From: Lachnospiraceae bacterium
GTDB lineage: Bacteria; Bacillota; Clostridia; Lachnospirales; Lachnospiraceae
DNA length: 55,606 nt
Direction: 5' to 3'
Assembly (NCBI GenBank): GCA_022797995.1
Contig: JAAWLQ010000001.1
Coordinates: 1 to 55,606, forward strand
Part shown: positions 37,857 to 47,901 of the stretch, in pieces
Layout of the letters: every line of letters starts with the position of its first letter
How positions within the stretch are numbered: the stretch's first letter is position 1
Notes under the pieces: generated by a model
What the model was told of the DNA's origin: nothing
Seen by the model: only the letters and a program-made list of their open reading frames with translations
The model's database searches: none
Translations under genes and position numbers: made by a program

Positions 37857-38588
37857 ATGGACATCGTCAGAATTGCCATATGTGATGACGAAGCGAATAT
37901 AAGAAACTATCTCATCACCCTGATCCGAAAACAGAATATTCCCTGTGAAATAAAGGAACTCGATTCCGCCGATGCTCTTCTCTCAGAGGAACCGAACTGT
38001 GACTTGCTGTTTCTGGATATCGAGCTGGGTGAATGTCCGGATGGGAATCCCATGAACGGCATGCTTGTCGCACGCCGGATCAGAGACAGGAATCCACACC
38101 CGCAGCCTCTCATTATTTTTGTCTCCGGACATGAAAAATATGTATACGATGCTTTTGACGTGGATGCCTTTCAGTATCTGGTCAAGCCTGTGGATGAGGA
38201 GAAATTTGCCGAAGTCTTCCAGCGGGCGGCGGCGCAGATTCTCGCCCGTGCCGGGCAGGACCAGAAGAAGCTGGTCATTCAATTCGCCGGTATCAGCAAA
38301 GTCATCGACCCGGACAATATTTATTATGTAGAAAGTCGTGGCCACAAGATCATTCTGCATCTGAAAGAGGAAAATGTGGAATATTATGGGAAGCTGGGAG
38401 CGCTGGAGCAGAAGCTCTCCGGACAATTCTTCCGGATTCACAAGGGTTATATGGTGAATCTGGCCTGTGTGGAAGAGTACAGTCGTCTGGAGGTCACTGT
38501 AGAAAACGGTGATAAGCTGTTGATTTCAAAATATAAATATGCTGATTTCGTCAGAGCCCACCTGCGTTATTTACAGCAGTCACTCTGA
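37857..38588 (+). CDS. LytTR-family response regulator
   Basis: IAICDDE, FLDIEL, YLVKP, FFRIHKGYMVN. Confidence 0.93.
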   Translation: MDIVRIAICDDEANIRNYLITLIRKQNIPCEIKELDSADALLSEEPNCDLLFLDIELGECPDGNPMNGMLVARRIRDRNPHPQPLIIFVSGHEKYVYDAFDVDAFQYLVKPVDEEKFAEVFQRAAAQILARAGQDQKKLVIQFAGISKVIDPDNIYYVESRGHKIILHLKEENVEYYGKLGALEQKLSGQFFRIHKGYMVNLACVEEYSRLEVTVENGDKLLISKYKYADFVRAHLRYLQQSL

Positions 38589-38658
38589 AACATAACGGCA
38601 GTTCAGAAAGCCGCCGGAACTGTTGCAGAATGCGGAAGACAATTTCGGGAGAATTAAA

Positions 38659-40071
38659 TTGAGTGAATCCACCTTTATCCTGTTTCATCAGCTTGTCACA
38701 GGAGCGGAAAACCTTTTATATGCAGTCTGTATGGCAGGTTTCTTTTGGGCCTTTATGGTCGGAAAGAAGCGTTCTGTTATCGTTTTTCTGACTTACAGTA
38801 TTCTGTATCCGGTCTGCATGCTTCCCTTTGTCCACGGCTGGCTGCACATGCTCCTTGTGGCTCTCCTGCTGGTCGGCCTTTCCACCTTCCTGGGCATGGA
38901 AAAGAAGCTCATACTTCTTCTGACCGTACTTTTTTACTGTATTCAAAGTCTGAGTATTACGGTACTGCTCAGCGTGGATTACTACTCAGCCGAATACTTT
39001 CTGCGGAATGCGGACACCCCGGAGCTTGTTTTCCGCAATGCGGCATGGAACTTCCTTTTTATTGAGCTCCTGCAGTTTCTCCTTTTCCTGCTTATGCTCT
39101 GTATTATTGCACGGCAGCTGCGAAAAACCAGAATAGAACTGCATGTAAGAGAATTGTTTTACCTGCTTCTGACACCCGTGACAGGAATTTTCTTTGTCCG
39201 GATTATCATAAATCTGATGGTAATCGGCGATGAAGGAATGTTTTTCCGCCTTTATGACCAGTTCCCCGGTCTCATTGGCATCATACCCGTCATGGTACTT
39301 CTGTTCTATGCGGGTATCCTTTCTTCCATCATTGCCTGTCAGAGAATCCTGGGACTGCAGGAGGAACGAAGCAATGATATGCTGACCAGACAGCAGCTTT
39401 CCGCAATGCAGAAGCGAGTGGAAGATATGGAACAGCTCTATGACGGCATACGCAGGATGAAACATGAGATGCGCAATCACCTCACCAATATCAGAGGACT
39501 GGCGCAAAACGGCTGTTATGAGACACTGGATGACTATATTTCCAAAATGGACGAACATATGAATCTGTTCGACCTGGCTATCCACACCGGCAACATGGTC
39601 ACGGATATCATCATAAATGACAGACAGCAGAGTGCCGCAGGGCAGGGAATTTCCTTCTGTTCAGATTTCATCTGTCCGAATTCCAAAGCTTACAATGTCT
39701 ATGATATCGGTATTATTATCAGCAATCTGTTGCAGAATGCGCTGGAAGCCTGTGAGAAAATGAAGGAAGGGCTGAAATATATCAATCTCTCCGGCAGGCA
39801 GAAGGGCAACTTTTATGTCATCTGTGTCAGAAATTCTTTCGAGGGAGAGATACGCTTTGACAGATGCACCGGTCTGCCCCGCACAACAAAAGAACCCCCT
39901 TCTTCCTCCAAAGTCCCCTGTCTTCATGGCATCGGCCTGTCCAATGTCAAAAGAGAGGCGGAAAAATATGGTGGAAGTATGGATATTCAGGTAATAGAGA
40001 AAGAATTCCTTGTAACTGTGCTCTTGCAGGGAAACAAGAATGAGAGGAGACTTGAAAATGATTGTCAGTGA
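38659..40071 (+). CDS. GHKL sensor histidine kinase (AgrC/VirS-like), multi-TM
   Basis: Several TMs, KHEMRNHL, NLLQNALEA, HGIGLSNV; TTG start after GGGAG (the ORF begins at 38623). Confidence 0.92.
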   Translation: MSESTFILFHQLVTGAENLLYAVCMAGFFWAFMVGKKRSVIVFLTYSILYPVCMLPFVHGWLHMLLVALLLVGLSTFLGMEKKLILLLTVLFYCIQSLSITVLLSVDYYSAEYFLRNADTPELVFRNAAWNFLFIELLQFLLFLLMLCIIARQLRKTRIELHVRELFYLLLTPVTGIFFVRIIINLMVIGDEGMFFRLYDQFPGLIGIIPVMVLLFYAGILSSIIACQRILGLQEERSNDMLTRQQLSAMQKRVEDMEQLYDGIRRMKHEMRNHLTNIRGLAQNGCYETLDDYISKMDEHMNLFDLAIHTGNMVTDIIINDRQQSAAGQGISFCSDFICPNSKAYNVYDIGIIISNLLQNALEACEKMKEGLKYINLSGRQKGNFYVICVRNSFEGEIRFDRCTGLPRTTKEPPSSSKVPCLHGIGLSNVKREAEKYGGSMDIQVIEKEFLVTVLLQGNKNERRLENDCQ

Positions 40072-40444
40072 AGCCATTGTAAAAGAAGTAAATCAGTATT
40101 ATGCCAGAAAAGGAGGCAGAAGAACGGCAAATATCCCCAGTTTTGCCAATTTCATGAAGAAAGCCGCCGGTTCCGGAAAGGCAGCGCCTAAAACCGTAGA
40201 TAAGGCCGCATCGGATACCGGAGCACAGAATACGGCAAAATCCGACGAAGCCTCCCCGGCGCAAACCGGGAATGCAAACTCCTGCTGTGAACAGTGCAGA
40301 CTTACCAGCCAGCTGATGGTACAGATGATGTCCCGCAGTCTGTACAACCAGAGTGGACTGGGATATTATCCCATGGGTTCCGGCGCTCTGAGCGCCTACC
40401 AGAACATGATGAATCTTCTGGGCTCCAATACCGGACTTTCCTGA
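40058..40444 (+). CDS. Hypothetical protein with CCxxC motif
   Basis: GAGGAG RBS; overlaps the kinase stop by 14 nt; CCEQC plus a Met/Gly-rich C-terminus. Confidence 0.6.
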   Translation: MIVSEAIVKEVNQYYARKGGRRTANIPSFANFMKKAAGSGKAAPKTVDKAASDTGAQNTAKSDEASPAQTGNANSCCEQCRLTSQLMVQMMSRSLYNQSGLGYYPMGSGALSAYQNMMNLLGSNTGLS

Positions 40445-40661
40445 AACGATTCTGCCCGAATAATTACCCCTCCGCACCGCAACAATCCGGCCTGCGCTAT
40501 CGGAACCGTTCAGACTGATTCTGAGCACCAAAAAGTGCAAAGGGAATGGGTTTTGGCGCCCGAAAGTCCCGCGAAATTGCATAGGAACGCAATTTTGACT
40601 TCATGGTAGAGGCCGTTTGAACTATTACAATAGATTTCCACAAGAGAATTGAGGAATTCAG

Positions 40662-40690
40662 TAGACAGATTGACAATAATCTATTATAAT
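40662..40690 (+). promoter_or_regulatory. sigma70-type promoter for the MCP gene
   Basis: TAGACA-17-TATAAT. Confidence 0.5.
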
Positions 40691-40784
40691 TTACCTATAA
40701 AAACTATCAACTTATAAACAACTTGGTATTCCCATACAAAATCAGGGGCCCGGATTGTTTATGGCGAAGTGTAGGAGGAAGAAA

Positions 40785-42539
40785 ATGAAGAACTTGAAAA
40801 TCAGGACAAAACTACTGGTGACTTTCATGCTTGTCATCATACTGTTCTGCGGGACGGTTTCCATCGCAATTATGGGGCTGAATCAAAATGCGGATAAGTA
40901 TTCCGAATTTTATCACGTCGGGTATCAGGTTACCAATAAGGTCATGAGTATGCGCCGCGGGTTACAGATTATTGTGAAGGATCTTGCCTTCATCACAATT
41001 GAAAAGGATGAAACAAAAAAAGAAACATATTTAAGCGACATGCAGAAAGAAATGACAGCATTGGAGGAAAATGCCACCTGGCTGTTTGAGAACTTTTCAG
41101 GCGATACTGATCTGCTGAATTCTTTTGCTACCAATGTGAAGGAGGCTGTAGAGCTGCAGGAAGAAGTCATCAATATTGCCTCTACAGATATGGCAAGCGC
41201 TCAGGATATGTTGCTTGATGAGTATCAGCCTCTGGTAGAAGAAGCCGTAAACAATCTGATTCAAATCAGTAATATTGTAGAGCAATCTGCGGCGGACGAT
41301 TACGAAAGCACTGTTTCCATGCAGGATACGCTGGTTTTCATTCAGCTGGGTATGGCCGGAGGAGCACTGGTCATCACAATACTGCTTTCTACATACCTTA
41401 CAGCTTCCATCACAAGACCGCTTCGTGAACTGGAAAAATCTGCCGGACAGATTGAAAAAGGTAATTTTAACATCACAGTAAATTATAAATCAAAGGATGA
41501 GCTGGGCGCATTAGCCAATTCCTTCAGAAATATGACTACCATTTTGGAAACGATTATTTCTGATGCGTCCATGCTCTTAAGCGAGATGGCCAATGGCAAT
41601 TTCGACATTCGTACCAAGGCAGAGGATCGCTATGTGGGAGAATTCCATGGCCTGCTGCTCTCTATCCGCAAGCTGAATCGTGATCTGAGCATGACTTTAG
41701 GTCAGATTAACCAGAGTGCCGATCAGGTTGCTTCCGGATCCGGCCAGGTATCCAATGGTGCACAGGCTCTTGCGCAGGGTGCTACCGAGCAGGCTGCTTC
41801 CGTAGAAGAGCTTGCCGCCACCATCACTAATATTTCTCATCAGGTTAAGAGTACGGCTGACAACGCGCTGCAGGCCAAAGAACAGTCTGGTATGGCCGGG
41901 GATGAAGTGGAAGAATGCAACAGCCAGATGCATGATATGATGGTAGCTATGGAAGAAATTACCCGTTCTTCCAATGAAATCAGCAAGATTATCAAGACCA
42001 TCGAAGATATCGCATTCCAGACAAATATACTGGCTCTGAACGCCGCCGTAGAAGCAGCCCGGGCCGGTGAAGCAGGAAAAGGCTTTGCCGTGGTCGCCGA
42101 GGAAGTACGCAGTCTGGCCAGCAAGAGCTCCGTGGCGTCTAAGAATACTGCTGAACTGATTGAAAGTTCCGTTGATGCTGTGGCACGTGGTACACAGATT
42201 GCAACCAGAACAGCCGAATCTCTGGTGAAAGTCGTGGATGAAGTCCGTTCAGTCTCCACCAGGGTTGATGAGATTGCCAGCGCGGCAGAAGAACAGTCCG
42301 GTGCCATCGAACAGGTTACTCTGGGTGTGGATCAGATTTCCAGCGTGGTACAGACCAACTCGGCTACCGCAGAGGAAAGTGCCGCTGCCAGTCAGGAACT
42401 TTCAGAGCTGGCTGATAAGCTCAAGAGCCTGGTTGCCAAGTTCAGTCTTCGGGAAGAATATGCCAATGCCGTTGTAAATACAGATACCAGCTATGGAAAT
42501 AATAACAGCTGGGCTTCGAACAGCATAAATCTGGATTAA
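40785..42539 (+). CDS. Methyl-accepting chemotaxis protein (4HB sensor, HAMP, MA domain)
   Basis: Two TMs, HAMP (ITRPL...DELG.LA), [34 protein letters not shown]. Confidence 0.96.
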   Translation: MKNLKIRTKLLVTFMLVIILFCGTVSIAIMGLNQNADKYSEFYHVGYQVTNKVMSMRRGLQIIVKDLAFITIEKDETKKETYLSDMQKEMTALEENATWLFENFSGDTDLLNSFATNVKEAVELQEEVINIASTDMASAQDMLLDEYQPLVEEAVNNLIQISNIVEQSAADDYESTVSMQDTLVFIQLGMAGGALVITILLSTYLTASITRPLRELEKSAGQIEKGNFNITVNYKSKDELGALANSFRNMTTILETIISDASMLLSEMANGNFDIRTKAEDRYVGEFHGLLLSIRKLNRDLSMTLGQINQSADQVASGSGQVSNGAQALAQGATEQAASVEELAATITNISHQVKSTADNALQAKEQSGMAGDEVEECNSQMHDMMVAMEEITRSSNEISKIIKTIEDIAFQTNILALNAAVEAARAGEAGKGFAVVAEEVRSLASKSSVASKNTAELIESSVDAVARGTQIATRTAESLVKVVDEVRSVSTRVDEIASAAEEQSGAIEQVTLGVDQISSVVQTNSATAEESAAASQELSELADKLKSLVAKFSLREEYANAVVNTDTSYGNNNSWASNSINLD

Positions 42540-42552
42540 TCATTCATAACAC

Positions 42553-42593
42553 AAAAGCCGAATTGCAGTTTGAATCTGCAATTCGGCCTTTTT
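42553..42593 (+). terminator. Rho-independent (possibly bidirectional) terminator
   Basis: AAAA-GCCGAATTGCAG-TTTGAAT-CTGCAATTCGGC-CTTTTT. Confidence 0.8.
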
Positions 42594-42600
42594 ATTCATG

Positions 42601-42635
42601 ACAGTAGAATCCACGCGAAGCGTGGATTCTATTGT
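42601..42635. repeat. Intergenic palindromic element, copy B (GAA triloop)
   Basis: ACAGTAGAATC-CACGCGAAGCGTG-GATTCTATTGT; arms resemble 3119-3147 and 46477-46506. Confidence 0.65.
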
Positions 42636-42658
42636 TTTGGATCCCTTGTAAATTTCTT

Positions 42659-43474
42659 TCACTTTGAGACCATATCTGACATATGCTCCCGTGGAGACCT
42701 TCCCATTCTGCTTCTGAACACCCGGGAAAAGTACAGCGGATCCTTAAACCCACATAGCTGTGCAACATCCCTGACACTGGTAAACTTCTGTTCTATCAAT
42801 GTACAGGCATGCTGTATCCTCACAACATTCAAATATTCCGCAATACCGATCTTATATTTCTTTTTGAATACCATAGATACATATTTCTTATTGTAGCAAA
42901 GAACCTCCCCCACCTTCTCCAGTGACAAATCAGTATCCGAAAAATTATCATCAATATATTTCTTGATGGTCTCCGCCGTGGCTGCTGTTTTTTTCTCCTT
43001 ATGATCCTCTGCAAAAAATCTGATTCCCATCACGGAAAAAGTATACAAAAGCACGCTTTCCGTCCTTAAATCAAACAATGCCGTATTTGACTGCAAAGAC
43101 TCCATCCAGAAAGCTTCCACTTCTTCAAAGCCGGAAAAGATACAATTCTGTCCGCTGATTTTCAGCTGCTCCATAATCCGGTTGGCCCGCGTACCAATAT
43201 AACTGATGTATAGATACTGAAAGTTCTCCACGGATTCAATGGCAAAAGGGACCGCCGGGAGGACAAAAAACAGATCTCCCCTCCTCAGCCGCCGGGAACT
43301 GCCGGGTGTGTGCAGAATGCCTTCCCCCTCCTTCACATAATGCATACGATAAACCGAATTGCTTTTCAGACTCTCATATTCCTGCCTTTGTGTTTCCAGT
43401 ACGAAATTGATGGTATGGATCGTTTCATAGTCGTTATACTGTGGTATAAACCGACAAATATTATTTCCCTCCAT
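42659..43474 (-). CDS. AraC-family regulator (cupin + HTH)
   Basis: MHYVKEGEG cupin; VRDVAQLCGFKDPLYFSRVFRSRMGRSPRE. Confidence 0.93.
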   Translation of the reverse strand: MEGNNICRFIPQYNDYETIHTINFVLETQRQEYESLKSNSVYRMHYVKEGEGILHTPGSSRRLRRGDLFFVLPAVPFAIESVENFQYLYISYIGTRANRIMEQLKISGQNCIFSGFEEVEAFWMESLQSNTALFDLRTESVLLYTFSVMGIRFFAEDHKEKKTAATAETIKKYIDDNFSDTDLSLEKVGEVLCYNKKYVSMVFKKKYKIGIAEYLNVVRIQHACTLIEQKFTSVRDVAQLCGFKDPLYFSRVFRSRMGRSPREHMSDMVSK

Positions 43475-43701
43475 GATATCCCTCCCTTTTCCCTGTTTCC
43501 TGTTTCCGGCCACACCTTCTCTTTCCTGTAAGGATACCTTTTCATTTTCCGTATGTCAATAAGAATATTACCATTATCCATATATATAAGGATATTTTCC
43601 ATTGTAAATCCAGATTCAGAATGCTATTCTTGAGAAAGAACATGTTCTGTATGCTGACAACCATATAGTCTCCTGAAAACGTTGAAAAGGAAGGTACAAA
43701 A

Positions 43702-44970
43702 ATGACTGGGAAAATAAAAATAGGAGTTTTTGGCGCCGGACGTGGTTCCAGTATGATAAGGTACTGCGCCGATGCGGATAATGCCGATATCGTTGCCATC
43801 TGTGATAAAAGCGAGCAGATTCTGAATCGCCATAAAGCCACTTATCAGAATATGGATATTGCCTACTATACAGATTTTGAAGAGTTTATCAGGCATGACA
43901 TGGATGCGGTGGTACTGGCTAATTATGCGAACGAACATGCGCCTTTCGCCATCCGGGCAATGCGGGCCGGAAAGCATGTTTTTTCCGAAGTACTTCCCGT
44001 CCAGACTATGAAGGAAGCGGTAGAACTTGTCGAAGCTGTGGAAGAAACGGGAATGACTTATGCCTATGGGGAAAACTACTGCTATCTGGCTGCCCCTTAT
44101 GAGATGCGCCGTCTCTATCGCGAAGGCAGAATCGGAGAGTTTGAATATGGTGAATGTGAATATGTGCACAACTGTGAAACCTGCTGGGCCGACATCACAT
44201 ATGGTGAAGAAGATCACTGGCGCAATACTATGTACTCCACCTTTTACTGTACACACTCCTTAGGGCCCATCATTCATATAACCGGCCTCCGTCCGGTATC
44301 CGTAACCGGTTTTGAAGGCCTGAAAACAGAACGAAATCTGCGAAATGGCTGTAAGGGCGGTCAATTTGGCATTGAAATGGTGACTCTGGAAAATGGGGGT
44401 ATCATCAAAAGTATTCATGGTTTCCTGTATCGTGATTCTATCTGGTACAGCGTATATGGCTCCAAGGGGAGGATGGAATCTGCCCGGGAAGATGCTTCTC
44501 CGGATCGTAACAGGCGAATATACATAAATGCCGATTCCTGTTCCGGCGCTTACGACAAGATCTGTAACCAGAACTATATTCCGGAAATGGGGCAGGATTC
44601 CGTCGGGAAAAAATTCGGCCACGGCGGCTCTGATTTCTATACCATGTACAATTTTGTAGAAAAATTACGTGGAAACCAAGAGGCCGACACCATCGATGTC
44701 TATGAAGCGCTCGACATGTTTCTGCCGGGAATGTTCGCATATCGTTCCATATTAAAGGGCGGTATCCCAATGTCCATCCCCAACCTGAGAGAGAAAAAGG
44801 TGCGGGATCAATATCGGCAGGACACAGCCTGTACAGATCCTAAAACGGCCGGCTCCATGCTGCTCCCCACCACCTCCGCGGGCACTCCGGAGATAGAGAA
44901 AGCAATTTACAATATTGTCCGTGAAAAATGGCTGGAAAATGAGAAAAAGCAGAGTAATATAACGGGTTAG
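43702..44970 (+). CDS. Gfo/Idh/MocA family oxidoreductase
   Basis: KIGVFGAGRG Rossmann, AGKHVFSEV, YAYGENYCY, GHGGSD. Confidence 0.9.
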   Translation: MTGKIKIGVFGAGRGSSMIRYCADADNADIVAICDKSEQILNRHKATYQNMDIAYYTDFEEFIRHDMDAVVLANYANEHAPFAIRAMRAGKHVFSEVLPVQTMKEAVELVEAVEETGMTYAYGENYCYLAAPYEMRRLYREGRIGEFEYGECEYVHNCETCWADITYGEEDHWRNTMYSTFYCTHSLGPIIHITGLRPVSVTGFEGLKTERNLRNGCKGGQFGIEMVTLENGGIIKSIHGFLYRDSIWYSVYGSKGRMESAREDASPDRNRRIYINADSCSGAYDKICNQNYIPEMGQDSVGKKFGHGGSDFYTMYNFVEKLRGNQEADTIDVYEALDMFLPGMFAYRSILKGGIPMSIPNLREKKVRDQYRQDTACTDPKTAGSMLLPTTSAGTPEIEKAIYNIVREKWLENEKKQSNITG

Positions 44971-46289
44971 GGATTGCAGTTTTTGCAGGGGACATAGCCC
45001 TGCTGAATCAATTCTTCTCTTGTAGTATTAACGGGCAGTTTATTCTTTTCACTCATCTGCTTTACGCTGCCGCAGTCGGGATAATGGAACTTTTTCGTGT
45101 TCGTATTACATATATAGTCCACCGTCTGCGGCACTTGTACTTCCTCTTTCCCGCCGGAAGCGCCGGCAAGCTCTCCCGCGGCCGGTTCCTGCGACGATAC
45201 TTCCTCTCTCTCGCCGGAAGCGCCGGCAGGCTCTCCCGCCTGCCAGGTATCCGACGGACTGCAGTTCCATGTCACATGCTCTCCATCACTGACAAGCATT
45301 ACACTTCCCTGTTCATCTGTTCTGAAAATGCTGATCCCTCTGGCTCGAAAGTGATTCAGCGTCTCCGCATTGGGATGTCCATAGCTGTTCCCTTCTCCGC
45401 AGCTGATCACTATATATGTAGGAGATACTGCATCCAGCAGAGCCTCCGAAGAAGAAGTTCTGCTGCCATGGTGTCCTGCCTTATAGACATCCACATCAAG
45501 TGATATTCCGGCGGCGGCAGCCTCCGCAAGAATTTCCGCTTCCTCATCCTCTTCCGCATCACCTGTGAACAGGAACTTCTGAGTTCCATGCTCCAGTAGA
45601 ATCGCAATAGAATTATTATTGCTGTCGCTGCTCATGGATACAGGGCCTACAACGGTAAACATCGCATCCCCCAGCGAATACTGCTGCCCTGTCACAGGCA
45701 GGGTCCGCTGATATCCCCTGTTTTCCATGGTATCCACCACATCACGGTAGGTGTTAGTATCCTTCTCCTCATCCGTCATCAGTATGGTTTCACAGTCAAA
45801 TTTATAGAGAATGACATCCATGCCGCCGATATGATCTTCATCCGGGTGGGTGCAGATTACATATTTCAGAGATTCCACACCCTGATTCCGGAGATAGTTC
45901 TGTATCTTCGTACCCTGATCATTATCTCCCGCATCGATCAGCATGGCCTCGTCACCGCAGATGATCAAAGTGGAGTCTCCCTGGCCCACGTCAAGGAAGT
46001 GCACTTCCAGGGTGTCCGGAGCCTGAACGGCCTCCTGTGCATCAACCATCCCAGACGACTGGTCTGACCCTGACTGCATTTCCTCCAAAGCATTTTGCCC
46101 CGACATGTCAACGGCAGAACCCGAAGCTGTAACTGCCGAAGATTCTGAATCCAAAAGTGCTTCTGCCGTCGCTCCTCCCTTCTCCGCACAGCCGCTTAGC
46201 CCTGCGCCCATGACTATAAGCACAAATATACCGGCCGTAAATGCCAGAAGTCTTGTCAGTATTCCAGCTCTGTTGGCGCTCTTTTCCAT
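44967..46289 (-). CDS. ComEC/Rec2-type metallo-beta-lactamase lipoprotein with C-terminal Ada-type Zn-binding domain (putative surface nuclease)
   Basis: Lipobox LSGC; DVGQGD, THPDEDHIGG, TGDAE, GHHGS, YGHP; NTNTKKFHYPDC...GYVPCKNCNP. Confidence 0.9.
   Translation of the reverse strand: MEKSANRAGILTRLLAFTAGIFVLIVMGAGLSGCAEKGGATAEALLDSESSAVTASGSAVDMSGQNALEEMQSGSDQSSGMVDAQEAVQAPDTLEVHFLDVGQGDSTLIICGDEAMLIDAGDNDQGTKIQNYLRNQGVESLKYVICTHPDEDHIGGMDVILYKFDCETILMTDEEKDTNTYRDVVDTMENRGYQRTLPVTGQQYSLGDAMFTVVGPVSMSSDSNNNSIAILLEHGTQKFLFTGDAEEDEEAEILAEAAAAGISLDVDVYKAGHHGSRTSSSEALLDAVSPTYIVISCGEGNSYGHPNAETLNHFRARGISIFRTDEQGSVMLVSDGEHVTWNCSPSDTWQAGEPAGASGEREEVSSQEPAAGELAGASGGKEEVQVPQTVDYICNTNTKKFHYPDCGSVKQMSEKNKLPVNTTREELIQQGYVPCKNCNP
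45138..45239. repeat. Intragenic 60-bp-period duplication in the MBL linker
   Basis: 45138-45179 vs 45198-45239: 42 bp, 3 mismatches (AGEPAGASGEREEV / AGELAGASGGKEEV). Confidence 0.85.
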
Positions 46290-46476
46290 TTATCCTCCGC
46301 CCTTTCAGGAAGTTCATCTTTCAGAATACTTAAATAATGTACCCTAAAATATCCGGCCGTTTTCTGCCGAGAATAGCCTTTTAAATATAGGGTTCGCGAA
46401 GCGGTTCCTATAATAAGGTCATTATATCATAATATGAATGGAATAACTGCGCTTAATATGATATTATATAATTATG

Positions 46477-46517
46477 ATAATAAAATCTGCCTGTTGATTC
46501 TATTATCAAAATTCTAT
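46477..46517. repeat. Intergenic palindromic element, copy C
   Basis: ATAATAAAATC-TGCCTGTT-GATTCTATTAT-CAAAATTCTAT. Confidence 0.75.
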
Positions 46518-46554
46518 TATAGAAATAGACTTTGAAGAAATGGAGGTAAGAAAT

Positions 46555-46587
46555 ATGGTGGCATTCTTACGGCTGAGAAATATCTAA
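46555..46587 (+). CDS. Putative leader peptide MVAFLRLRNI
   Basis: Strong RBS GGAGGT (46542-46547), ATG 46555, TAA 46585-46587, immediately followed by a 12-bp perfect hairpin. Confidence 0.55.
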   Translation: MVAFLRLRNI

Positions 46588-46645
46588 GTACATAAAACTG
46601 CGTTAAATAGTTTTATGTACAGGCAAAATACCATAAACTATTTAA
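46588..46645 (+). promoter_or_regulatory. Candidate attenuator with alternative hairpins
   Basis: GTACATAAAACT/AGTTTTATGTAC stem (46588-46620); 46603-46617 is also complementary to 46632-46645, next to the downstream RBS. Confidence 0.45.
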
Positions 46646-46661
46646 TCAAGGAGATTGTATA

Positions 46662-47774
46662 ATGATATTTCAGGATAATGTAATAAAAGAATATCTTAAA
46701 AATGTGTACTTTATAACAGGAACACCCTGCGGCGGGAAGACAACGATTTCACGGGAGCTGGCCAGACGACACAACTTAATCGTCTATGATATTGACGAAC
46801 AGTTTGCAGAGCATCAAAAGATTTCAGATCCTGCTTTTCAGCCGGCAATGAATAAAGTGTTTCAGGATGCGGATGAATTTTTTGGACGACCTGTGGAGGA
46901 ATACAAAAAATGGCTGATTGATAACACAAGAGAGCAGCTGGACTTTGTCCTGTTGGATTTGATTCGTCTCTCCCGGAACCAGATTGTATTGTGTGACTGC
47001 CATCTGACAGTGGAAGAAGCTGAGAAATTCACAGACCCCTCCCGGATAGTCTTCCTGATAAAGGAGCCTTCCAATTTGGTGGAGGATTACTGTAACCGCC
47101 CCGACCATCAGGGATTCAGCAACTTTATCAACAGTGCATTTGACACGGAGAAAGCAAAGGCCGTCTGTAACGCAACCTTGAGGAGTCTCAACGAGAAAAG
47201 GTGTCAGGATATCAGGGGCAGCAACTATTATTGGATCGAAAGAACCTGCAAAAGTACTGTCAGGGAAACTACTGAAAAAGTAGAACGGCACTTTGGGTTC
47301 ATAAAAAATGACTTCAATATAGATGCATTGGAGATAAAAAAGGTAGACAAAGACACGGACCTGGCTGAAAAACTCATCCGCTTTGTGGAGAATTTCTCAT
47401 GGGAAGAGGTAAAAGAGCACATGTCAGAGGTGCTTCGGACATGGGAATTTACTGATTGGGAAACTCCGTTTGCAGCAATGGTGAATGGTCAGATTGTGGG
47501 GATGGCTTCAATCATGAAGACAGACTATTATCCGTTGCCGGAAATATATCCATGGGTGTCAAGTGTCTTCGTAACCGAGGAGTATCGTGGATACAGGATT
47601 AGCGAAAAGTTGATTGATTTTGCCAATGCATATGCGAAAGAAAAGGGATTTGACAGAACCTATATCCCATCCGAACATACAGGTCTGTATGAAAAGTATG
47701 GATACCGTTATCTCAGGGATATTGTCAATTATGGGAATGGAAGGGACAAATTGTACGTCAGAGAAACAAAATAG
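46662..47774 (+). CDS. P-loop (nucleotide/shikimate kinase-like) domain fused to GNAT acetyltransferase
   Basis: N-terminal YFITGTPCGGKTTIS; C-terminal VFVTEEYRGYRISEKL...GLYEKYGY acetyl-CoA motifs. Confidence 0.85.
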   Translation: MIFQDNVIKEYLKNVYFITGTPCGGKTTISRELARRHNLIVYDIDEQFAEHQKISDPAFQPAMNKVFQDADEFFGRPVEEYKKWLIDNTREQLDFVLLDLIRLSRNQIVLCDCHLTVEEAEKFTDPSRIVFLIKEPSNLVEDYCNRPDHQGFSNFINSAFDTEKAKAVCNATLRSLNEKRCQDIRGSNYYWIERTCKSTVRETTEKVERHFGFIKNDFNIDALEIKKVDKDTDLAEKLIRFVENFSWEEVKEHMSEVLRTWEFTDWETPFAAMVNGQIVGMASIMKTDYYPLPEIYPWVSSVFVTEEYRGYRISEKLIDFANAYAKEKGFDRTYIPSEHTGLYEKYGYRYLRDIVNYGNGRDKLYVRETK

Positions 47775-47836
47775 CAACGAATATCCGGCCGCCCAGAGCA
47801 GAAGACGGATCTGAACTTCCCGAGCATTTACCTGCC

Positions 47837-47873
47837 AATTGCCCTGTCCGCACATTTTATGGACAGGGCAGTT
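47837..47873. terminator. Stem-loop between convergent genes
   Basis: AATTGCCCTGTCC-N11-GGACAGGGCAGTT. Confidence 0.55.
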
Positions 47874-47901
47874 CTATACAGGAAACCGCACAGTTATAAA
47901 T

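Noticed and set aside
40445-40784. c-di-GMP riboswitch upstream of the MCP gene
   Set aside because: Some hairpins are present (e.g. ATAAACAA...TTGTTTAT), but I could not find the GGCAAA...GAAA...GACGCAAA arrangement; an Rfam scan is needed.
44967-46289. Beta-lactamase resistance gene or true comEC
   Set aside because: The motifs are of the ComEC/Rec2 MBL nuclease subtype, and the multi-TM competence channel domain is absent.
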